A program made the translations under genes and the position numbers. Shown piece after piece: positions 13,101-24,926 of a stretch of 64,000 nucleotides of DNA. The DNA lies in NCBI RefSeq assembly GCF_001194135.2, contig NC_068992.1, positions 8,102,628 through 8,166,627 on the forward strand, in the 5' to 3' direction. The stretch's first letter is position 1. Every line of letters begins with the position of its first letter. Source of the stretch: Octopus bimaculoides. Taxonomy: Eukaryota. The notes under the pieces are model-generated. The model was not told the DNA's origin, did not search any database, and saw nothing but the letters and a program-made list of their open reading frames with translations.

Positions 13101-16100
13101 CTGAAAATATTGTATTAGAGAACATTATTTAAATTTTTTTTTATTATTATTATTGTTGTTGTGTTTGGTTTGTGTGTAATGTGTGTGGTGTATTGTTGGC
13201 AGGCGGTGGGACCGAAATCAGTCTGGAACCAGACACTGAGCCGTCCACGACTGACACACCGACTGAAGCTCAGCCGGCTGGAAGTGCTCTCCCTACTCTC
13301 AACAGTGAGTTATTCACACTCCTGGATTGATTGATCCATATTGTCTTTAGAATATCATAGAAATTTAGCTATTCTATTACTGAAACCTACTAAATCTCAA
13401 TAATTATAAGTGATAATTATAAGTGATTATTATAAGTGATAATTATAACATTCTTAACTAAAATGAATGAGAAAAACAATAAAATTCATCCTTTACCTGT
13501 GAAACCTAGTGAAGATATTAGAATATTTGTTAAAAAATATGAAAATTTAAGTGTTTTGTCAAAATAGATGAAATAATTGTATTCTTAATATGAAATTTGT
13601 TGGACTCAAAATAATCAATAGGCAAAGTTTTGGTAGGGGTGTCATAATTTTGCAGGTACATAATTAACTGGCTTATAGTTTTACATGTTAGTGTGTGTTT
13701 TCTTAATTGACAATTGACTATAAACTGTGGCCAACAGCAATGATATTTTGGATAAAATATCTGAATCTTGTTGATTCAGTTCAATCTGATTAATTCTTCC
13801 TGTTGTAGAAATTTGGCAAACTTCCTGAAAATTAGATTAAAATTGGTTTTGTACTGTAAATACAAAAAAAAAAAAAACACAGGAAACAAATTCTGATTTT
13901 GATATTCTTGTTATTGATTTTTATTGCTATGTAGGTTGTTTCTCTCACAATTTAGAATGTGATATTAGTTTGAAGAAATTGTCCTACCCAAGAAATAGTT
14001 CTTCTGCTTTGTTGTTAAATAGATTCACCTCTTCACATCAACTTGTTGATCAACTGATTTATTTTAACCCTCTAGCATTCAGATTGCTCTGTCAATAGTA
14101 ATAATTATTGATTCACATTGTTTTAAATTAATTATGCGTTATCTTTAAGATTTTGCTGATATGATTGTTTATGTTTAGAATAAAATTGTAGGGTAGGTAT
14201 GAGAGGGTAGATCTGACCTGTTTGAACAGAAAAGAGGTAGAGTGTTTGGGCCTGATATGGCCGGTCTAAGTGCTGAAAGCTTAAACATGTTCATGTAAAT
14301 TCTGTGTTTTCTTCCATGGTTGAAAGGCAGTTGTTGGTGTTTTGGGGGTTAATCACTGTTTTATGTTTTCATCAACGTCACTCTCCTTGAATGACAGTTC
14401 AGTTGTGGTTGATCATTCAGGTTTAATAAAACCTTATCTCTTGATTCACATGACATTATTTCAGTTGCCATTATGACAAACATTTTCTTAGTTGCTCTCG
14501 AACTGCTGTTTTCAAAACTGCATGCAATTAAAGATACATTGTGCTACACATTTTAACAGACAAGCTTAGAATATTTGTATCCTGTTCTTTCTAGTAACTG
14601 ACAGAGAAATGCTGCATGTAATTCTTAGTTGATTAAGAAGTTGGTCTTTTCTCACACCTAAGACAGAACACACACATATAAGCACATAATCTGAGCCAGA
14701 TCAGTCTGTCTGTAAGGCAAGTCCTCATTCCCCAACTCTTTGACATCATCAGGTTTTATTTAAAGACCTCTACTCTTCCAAAATTGCTGATTCTTCCATC
14801 TAGGCTCATTTGATGTTGCTCTTCTTCACCTCTTTTGTTTTTCTTCAGTTCCAAACTGAGCAAACTTTAAACATCTAATTGCCTGAGATTAATTATTGTC
14901 AATAAGATTATAATTTTTCACACTAATTAACCTTATTTTTAATTATAAAATGATTTAATATTTACATTTGCAAGTTGCAGAGCTGGCAGAATTGTTAGCA
15001 TTGCTGGCAAAATGTTTAGTCTCTCTGCATTTTGTCTGTCTTTATGTTCAAATTCTGCCAAAGTTGACTTAGCTTTTCATCTTTCTGGGGTCGATAAAGT
15101 AAGTACCATTTGAGTATTGGTGTTGATGTCGTCGACTTATCACCCCACTGAAATTGCTGGCTTTGTACCAAAATTTGAAGCCAATACTTCAATCTGCACT
15201 GCTTTTTGATTGATTTAATCTATAATCATCATCATCATCAGGTGTCTTATTCTTCTATGTGTCATTGTACCAAACTGGATTTGGACACAAATCCTTTATT
15301 TCTAAACTTAGTTGTAAGGCTCTTATCCACTAGGTTCCTGACATGCATACATAAAGGTAGTGATGATTTAAGTATTAAATATCAATGCAATTTTTATCTC
15401 TTGTCTGAAAAATAATAATTGAAAGAACATCCTTTCTCAGAATTTTCCCTTTCTATCTATCCCTTTTTTTTCACTGCTCCTGTAACAATTTAATATATTG
15501 ACTCAGTTATAAGCATCTTCTAGTCTTAAGTGGAATTAAAAAACACTAAGGCTATAGTTCTTCTCAGACTAATTGAGAATATGAAAGGGAGAAGTTTCTC
15601 AACATTTCATTGACACACGCATAAGAAAAGAAAATTATTGATGTTATAGTTTTATAAGGCAAGGATAGAAAGAGCTAGAATTATCTATGACCTTATATTA
15701 AATTGTTCCTTCTGTTATTTTCTGGAAAAAAACTAAATTCAGGTTTTCTATTTTCTTTTTTTCTATTTTTGTTGCACAGTTTTGTTGATATATTATTATT
15801 ATTATTATTATTTTGTGTGTGCACCATGAATGTTTGACTCGTGTCTTTTTAATTTCATTTTCTTCTGTCTGAAATTTGCTTGCTGTCGTTAAATTCTTGC
15901 ATGCAAGTGCACACTGGATATATTTATTTATTTATTTTTGTTACTGCTCTATAACGATCACCAGTAATGATGATGATGATGATTTTTGGTAATGTTTTTA
16001 TGAAACAGCCACAAAACCTTCTGTTAGTATGGTTTCAGAAATGTCTCCGAAGACCCTGTTATAGAATCGGCAGTTGGTCATTTGAAGTATTCTTCCTCTT

Positions 16101-19100
16101 GGTACAAAATGTAATCTCTTCTCAGTTGTTGTTGTTGTTGTTGCTTATCTTCAGGTTAGCCCCTCATCAACCAGATAAATGATCAAAAGTGGTTTAGCTG
16201 TTACTATCCTGTGTTGTTTTTTTTTCTCCTTTTATACATTGGGAACTGTATTGTACAATGCGTTTTCTTCATTTAAGCTAGTGGGGTGTAATTTGAAGAA
16301 AATTATCTGCTATTTGTTGCAACTTGAGTGACCACTTGGCGTGAGACTCCCTTGTTGGCTTGTGGTTCCCTAGTTAACTTACAGCTGCCTTGTGACTCTT
16401 TGACTTCTCAGTTTTAGTACAAGTTGTTCATTCTGCATTCAATTCTTTTTATTTTGTCACCATATTTTTCTACTTTAATAAGATGGTATATTCCTTTAAT
16501 ATTCTAAATACATCTTTTTGCTTCTTAGATTGTAAAATTCTTTGTGTATAACTGTTGGTGAGTGTAATTATACAACACGTTCACAGGCACATGCATACAT
16601 TATTATGATTATATTTAGAAATCTGTAAATATGTAGCTCTTGTTATATTCTTTGTTAGACTGTTAGCTATTGTTGTTGTTGGCCTAAGCATACATCCCTA
16701 ACTCATTAGATTATACTAGTACTACTACTACTAATAATATTAAGGATTTCAAATTTTGGTATTAGGCTTGAAATTTCGATGGAGGGGTAAGTCAGTTACG
16801 TCGACCCCAGTGCTTAACTGGTACTTATTTTATCAACCCCAAAAGGATGAAGGGCAAAGTTGACCTCTGCAGAATTTAAGTTCAGAACATAAAGGTGGAT
16901 GAAATGCCATTAAGCCTTTGGCCCAGCATGCTGACAATTCTGCCAGCTCACTGCCTTTCTAATAGTAGTAGTAGTAGTAGTAGTAATAATGATAATAATG
17001 ATGATAATAATAGTAGTAGTAGATCTTTGAGATTCCATCAGAAATTAAGAAAGAGACCATTTTGTGGTCCTTGATTCCTACAGAGCATTGTTATGGTTAG
17101 GTAGAAAGTTTAGGAAGTATTGAATGTTTGAATGTTTTCCATGTCCACTTGTCTGCATAACTATGTTGATATTTCTCAGGTGGCGGGACTGAAGTAAGGT
17201 TGGACTCCGATGAAGAGGAGACCGAAACCCCGACTGAGGCCCAACCGGCTGGAGTGTCACTCCCGTCAGAGAGCAGTGATGTCTCCAGAGCAGATGAAGA
17301 ACCTCCAAGAGTCGGTATCTCACAGACATCAACTACTTCGAAAATGTCTTCATCGACTATAAAGCAAGACAAAAATGAGGTATGTGTATGTATGCATGTT
17401 CCTGTGTCAAAGACAATACATGTGTTCAGTTTTTGCTGAATGACCTGCACAAGCAATTTGTTTATAGTGACCAAACGTATGTGCTGTACATTAGCTAACT
17501 CGCTCCATCAAATTGACGTTACCTGAATAAGTGCATGGTGTACCACATGTCAGGTGTCAGTGAATGCAGAGCAATGTGAGATGAAGTGTTTTGTTCAAGC
17601 ATACAATGCACCACCTAATCCATGAATTGAAACTATGATCTTGTGATCGTGAGTGCAATGCCCTAACCACTTGGCCATACACCCTCACATTATATAATAT
17701 GTATGTGTGTGTGTGGTGTTTGTGTTTCTCTCAACCATTTCATCATGATAGCTCTCTTTCATCTCATTGACAATCTTTCAATTACAGATGAGGGCTGACT
17801 CTTGGTGGGTATTTTGCTTGAAATGTTGATGATGTATTTAATTGTTATCTGTATCCTATACTAAAGCAACTGATTAACAGAATTAGTGTGATGGACAAAA
17901 TGCCTTGCTCTATTTAGTTGCATACCTTTATATGTATGTACGTGTATATGTATACCACCTGACTGGCCTTCGTGCCAGTGGCACGTAAAAGCACCCACTA
18001 CACTCTTGGAGTGGTTGGTGTTAGGAAGGGCATCCAGCTGTAGAAACTCTGCCAGATCAGATTGGAGCCTGGTGTAGCCATCTGGTTTCACCAGCCCTTA
18101 GTCAGATTGTCCAACCCATGCTAGCATGGAAAGCGGACGTTAAACGATGACGATGATGATGGTGATGTATATATATATATAAATTATAAATTTTGTTTTC
18201 ATTGGTTTCAGATTGAGGAAGAAGATCCATATACTCTTGAAATAAAAGTCTGTGAACCCAACAGGGTAGGAGATGGCATGGGAGCCTATATTGTTTATAA
18301 AGTCATCTCCAAGGTAACCTGACTTTTGATTGTACTTTTTAATCAGTCTTTTTTCTTTGTTTGGATTAAGGTTACCTTTTATTTTACTTTATTTATTTAT
18401 ATTTTTAAATTTGTATATTTATGTATGAATTGTTGGAGCAAATGTTTTTTGGTAGATTTTATTAATTCATGCTTATTACTAGACTGCTAAAGATTGTCAG
18501 TGTGTAGGTTTCATCTTTAGTGTGTGGTTAGTTATTTATTCTTTGTTGGTAGTTTACAACATGACCATTCTTACATACGAATTTTCAAATATTTTATTAG
18601 TCTGCAATGTTCATATTTACTTGTGTATATGTAAATAATTTAACCCTTTAGCATTTAAACTGGCCCTATCTGACCCATATATTCTTTCTGTTTTAAAATC
18701 TGGCCTCTTTACAATGTTATCCAAAAAATAGTCACTTCATTGAAATCTCATGGCTATATGATTAATTGAAAACATTGTGAATAAATAAGCATTATGTTTA
18801 ACAGTAATTTGAATAGTAAAGAGTTAATGGAACATTATCATAAAACAGTGAACATTGTGTTTAGGAATCAACTTGCTAGATAATATGAAAGTAGTATATA
18901 ATAGTCATTGAAGTTAAAATAAGTAGAAGAAATTTTAGTCAGTGTCTAATTAATGTGTGTTATTCAGCACTGGAGGCGCAATGGCCCAGTGGTTAAAAAA
19001 AATAAAAATAATAATAAACAGCATGAAAAATTATTTAATCTTTTCACATTTTCAGACTAATATTCCTGCATTCCGTAAAACTACCATGACAGTTCTAAGA

Positions 19101-22100
19101 CGATTCAGTGATTTCTTGGGACTACATGAAAAATTAGCTCTTAAGTACATTCGAGATGGACGAATTGTGCCACCAGCTCCTGAAAAGAGTGTCCTTGGTA
19201 AAAAAAAAAAAAAAACCCTTTTTTTCACACTTTTTTTTACCTGATTGGTTAAATTTTTATTTTTTTATTCAGTTAAACTTTCTTCAATTTTCATATTAAC
19301 TCTACAAGTTTCAAAAACAAAAAAATTTCCTCCATTGTTTCCTGATTCCCAGCTTTACTGTGTTGCTATTGCTAAGTGAGATGTAGGTATGGCTGTATAG
19401 TTTATAAGTTTTCTTCCCAACCACATGGTTTTGGGTTCAGTCCCACTACATAGCAACTTGGGCAAATGTCTTCTACTAAAGCCCTAGTGGGCTGACCTAA
19501 GTCTTGTGAGAGGATTTGCTTGACAGAAACTGAAAGAAGCCTGCTGTATGTATATTTGTGACAGAGGATCGAGATATGTGGTACATTGCTGTACTTAAGA
19601 CATGCCCACCACAACAGAATTAAGGTCCTAAAAACCAAGGTGCTACATAAAATGCATCGGTGTGGATGCTGGTGCCCCATAAAAAGCACTGATGATGGTG
19701 CTACACAAAAAGCGTCCAGTACACTCTGGAAAGGTCGGCATTAGGAAGGGCATCCAGTCATAGAAACAGTCTATGGAACCTGGTGCAACCCCTGGCCTTG
19801 CCAGTTCCTTTCAAGCCATCCAACCCATGCCAGCATGGAAAACAGATGTTAAATGTTGATGATGACGATATATATACTTATTTGTGTGTGTGTTTATGTC
19901 TCCTTGTCTTGACATTGTGTGATAGCTGTACATGAAAGTCATATACATACCTGTATGTATATAATGACACTGTGAGACAGAATTATAAAAATGGATTTAC
20001 TAAATGGGGGCATATTATGGGTAGCAAAATCAGCTAGTTACTAGATTAGTGGGACCTAATTTTGGGTTCACATCTTCAGAGTTATTCCTTCTAAAAGTAA
20101 ACAGAAGCATTTGTAGATATTGGGAATTATATTTACAGTCAAGTCTTTTAATGTTGCTTGTCACCTATTTAAACAGGTTAATGATTCTGTTTATTGATAT
20201 TTAGTGTAGCTTGTTTAACAACTGTCAATTGTAATGTTATATATCTATTGAATTGTTGCAGGGATGACCAAAATCAAAATGAATAAGGAGGAATCTGGAT
20301 CCACCGAATTCATTGAAAGACGGCGACTTGCATTGCAAAGGTGAGTCTGAATTCTTTGTGTTAGCACTTTCATCATACGGAGCATTACTGGGAAGATCTT
20401 TAGCATTATTGTTATAACCCTTGAAGTTCAACGTTCTAGTTTTACTTTCATTTTCCTTGAGAAGGTATTTCGGGATGCTTTTATTATCCTTGGGGGCTTA
20501 TTTGAAGCAGCATTGTACAGTTGGGATCTCTCCCTGTTGGCAACCATTGCTTGTTAGTCAAGTAAGAGATTATTCATTCTACTGGTCTTGAAAAGTGTTG
20601 AGCAACTGCCTGTAATGTAAATATAAGATGACCGCCAGTACCGCTGGACTGGCTCCTGTGCAGGTGGCATGTAAAATACACCATTTCGAGCGTGGCTGTT
20701 GCCAGTACCTCCTGACTGGCCTTTGTGCCGGTGGCACATAAAAGCACCCACTACACTCTTGGAGTGGTTGGCATTAGGAAGGGCATCCAGCTGTAGAAAC
20801 TCTGCCAAATCAGATTGGAGCCTGGTGCAGCCATCTGGTTCACCAGTCCTCAGTCAAATCGTCCAACCCATGCTAGCATGGAAAGCAGACGTTAAACGAT
20901 GATGATGACGACGACCATTTCACTTAGATAGTGACAGTCAAAGTTATCGAATGCCTACATTCATGCACAAACGAGTATGTATACATGTATCTTAAATCTA
21001 TTTATAACAATAAAATGAAGCCTGGTTAGCAGTCTTCACATTCTCAGTTCAGAACCTGCTGAAGTTAACTTTATCTTCCATCCCTCCAGGGCTGATAAAA
21101 AAAAAAAATAAGAAAGCACAGGGGTTGAGAGTAGTGACTCGCCCCTCTCCCAAAATTGCTGGCCATGTGCCTAAATCAGAAACATTACTCTATTACTTGT
21201 TTCAGCCATGCAGCTGTGGTCACGCTGGAGCACCACCATTATTATCATTATTAAAAAATAATAATTATTATTATTATGTCAACTCTGCGTTTCATCCTTT
21301 CAAGGCCGATAAAATAAGTACCAGTTGAATACTGAGGTTGATGTAATTGTCTTNNNNNNNNNNNNNNNNNNNNNNNNNNNNNNNNNNNNNNNNNNNNNNN
21401 NNNNNNNNNNNNNNNNNNNNNNNNNNNNNNNNNNNNNNNNNNNNNNNNNNNNNNNNNNNNNNNNNNNNNNNNNNNNNNNNNNNNNNNNNNNNNNNNNNNN
21501 NNNNNNNNNNNNNNNNNNNNNNNNNNNNNNNNNNNNNNNNNNNNNNNNNNNNNNNNNNNNNNNNNNNNNNNNNNNNNNNNNNNNNNNNNNNNNNNNNNNN
21601 NNNNNNNNNNNNNNNNNNNNNNNNNNNNNNNNNNNNNNNNNNNNNNNNNNNNNNNNNNNNNNNNNNNNNNNNNNNNNNNNNNNNNNNNNNNNNNNNNNNN
21701 NNNNNNNNNNNNNNNNNNNNNNNNNNNNNNNNNNNNNNNNNNNNNNNNNNNNNNNNNNNNNNNNNNNNNNNNNNNNNNNNNNNNNNNNNNGATCTTAAAT
21801 TGACATCAGGTATCTTATTCCCAGATGAATATTTACATAATCAGAAAAATTATATTTGTATTAACACTAACACATCACAGACATTAGACATTTAATAATC
21901 TTGACCACTGACATTTTTTGTTTGTGTGTGTGTGTGTGTGTTATGCCGTATGTAAACAAACAAGTTTTTTTTTTTTTTTTCAAAGTGCTGAAATGTATGG
22001 TAGAACAAGTAGAAAGATAAATTTTATTCAATGCATAGATACTGAACAGTATAGATATAAAGGATAAAATCCTTTTTCTTTTTAAAAGCAGAAAAATTTG

Positions 22101-23134
22101 TCGGCAGCCTGCCATGAGAATTGAACTCACATCCCTCTAATATTTGGTTTGGCTTAAATGGTAAAGCATTCTAACCCTTGGTACAGTGCATGCACACAGG
22201 ATCATTATTTTTTCTTCTAAGGCAGTAGGGTTGGAGAGTGATTTGGCTGTTATTTCTAACAGGCTGTAGGACCATGTATAAGTTTTTATGTTGATCTTGA
22301 ACAAGACCAATTATTTATTTTTTTCTGTGGCTAGTATTTCTAAATTAAAATATCACTTAAGTAAATTACTCAAATATGGATGCTATCCACATAAAAAAAA
22401 ACAGGTTAATTTTAACATATTTTATGTAGTAACCATCAAAGATCTACTTACAAATCCCTGTGTGGTGAGGAAAAGACAACATTGATGACTATTGTTTTTT
22501 GAATTATTTCAACAAGTACAGGAACATTTCTGATTAGTTTGTATACTCTGCTACTTCCTTCAAATTTGAATGAATCTGTACTAATATTTTATTGGACAAG
22601 GAAGTAGCCTAGTTTGGTGAGAATTTGATGCAAGAACTTGTGTAAGTGACAAAGAATTTAACGTATTAAAAAAAAGGCACTCTCATCAAAGCTAGTCACT
22701 AACTTATCATAGCGATATGCTGACAGTTGTAGCTAATAAAACTCTTCTAAAATATTTACTTGTTTGAAAGTGGGTCGACCCACCACATGTTGGACAAAAT
22801 AGTGATGGCAAAAACTTAATTGATAATAGTCTCAAGTTGCATGAATTGTAGAATATGTTTCAATTATTGTGCATACAATATGTATCATCTTCATTATCAT
22901 TATAACATCCACTTTTCCATGTTTGCATGAGTCGGATGGAATTTGTTGAGGCAGATTTTCTTCTATAGTCAAATGCCCTTCCTGTTGCCAACCCTCACTT
23001 TGTTTTCAAGCAAAGTAATATTCCCCCATGGTCCAACATGTTTCCATGAAAAATTAGAAACGAACACTGCTTGTATGACAGTGATGCTCATTTTACAACG
23101 ATCGCGCATTGCCAAGACAAGGAGAGACTAGCAT

Positions 23135-23177
<43 letters not shown>

Positions 23178-24474
23178 ATGAGCATCTTACTGTTTATGTC
23201 TGCCAAATCCACACACAAGGCTTTGGTTGGCCCTGAGCAGATGTTTAGAAGACACTTGCCCAAGGTGCCACACAGTGAGACTGAACTCAAAACAATGTGA
23301 TTGGGGAGCGGGCTTCTTAACCCTACAGCTATGCCTACCCCTATAGAATTGATCAAACAATTGATATGAGATATATAGTTTTATTAACAAGTCTTTTCCT
23401 ATAATGACTCATCGATAACAACTGATTTGGTGTTCCTGAAGAGATAGTCGTCTGAGAGGAAGAAATCTTGCATTAAAAGTAATTACAAATCTCAGCTGCT
23501 CATTTCTTTATATTTCTTCCAGACTATTGTTTGTTGTATTGATGGAATATTTCTAACACAAGTGAATTGAGGTTATCTCTTTCCCTGTTGCCACTTCTTG
23601 AGATTCTATCTTCATATTTTCTGTCTTTCTACTTCTATTATATTGTCTTCGTTTTCCTCATGTTTGGAAAAACAAAACAAACAAGAAAACAGCTGTTTTA
23701 CTGACATTGCAATTCATCTTGAATTCTGAACTGCTTGTTGTCATCAACCTCCCAAAGATCGAACTTACTACCCACTGCATTCCATGTTTGATTAATTTAA
23801 GTTTTGAGATTGTCTCTTCTGCCTTTCCTAACCAGAACTAGATATTTAATAATAATGATAATAATAATCATCATCATTTAACGTCTGTTTTTCATGCTGG
23901 CATGGTTGGACAGTTTGACTGAAAACTGGTAAGCTGCACCAGGCTCCGATCTGATTTGGCAAGGTTTCTACAGCTGGATGCCCTTCCTAATGCCAACCAC
24001 TCTGAGAATGTAGTGGGTGTTTTTTTACCCACTACATTGACCTGACACCAGCATCAGCCACGACTACTATAATAATAATAATAATAATGATGATGATGAT
24101 CATAATTTCTGCCACAGGGCCTGAAATTTTAGGGGTAGAGGCTAGTCAATTACATTGACCCAAGTACTTGACTGATACTTATTTTATTGACCCCCAAAAG
24201 GATGAAAGTAAAGTTGACCTCTAGAATTTGAACTCATCATGCAAATATGGATGAAATACTGCTAAGCAATTTATCTGGCATGTTAATAACTTCACCTGCT
24301 TGCTGCCTTAATGATAATTATAATAATCTTTTCTACTGTAGACACAAGACCTAACATTTTGGATCCAGGGCTGTTGGGAAGTTAGTGGTATACTGGAGGT
24401 AGATAAAGAAACATGGCATTTACTGCAAACTGCAGTCAACCAACCCTTCAATTTTGGAAAAATCTTCAGTTTTA

Positions 24475-24545
<71 letters not shown>

Positions 24546-24888
24546 GATGATAACTGACTGAAAAAGCCACTTGAGCAGCACCTTAACAACTGGCTGCACC
24601 AGTTAAGAGAATCATCACCATCATCAACATTTAATGTCAGTTCTCCATGCTTCATGGGTTGGACAGGAACTGGCAAGGCCAGGGGCCACACCAGGTTCCA
24701 TAGTCTGTTTTGGCTTGGCTTCTATGGCTGGATGCCCTTCCTAACATCAGCCACTCTACAGAGTGTACTGGGTGCTTTTTTTGCGTGGCACCATCACCAG
24801 CACTGTTTACATAGCATCAGCACCCATACAAATGCTTATTACATGGCACTTTGGTTTTAAGATCTCAATCCTATTGTGGTGGCTAATG

Positions 24889-24926
<38 letters not shown>

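Noticed and set aside
16009-16026. 18-nt symmetric phase-1 microexon candidate (TKPSV)
   Set aside because: Poor pyrimidine tract; segments this short are expected by chance in an 11-kb intron.
21325-21895. Long ORFs spanning N-runs (also 41805, 49228, 53152, 56688)
   Set aside because: Artefacts of assembly gaps.
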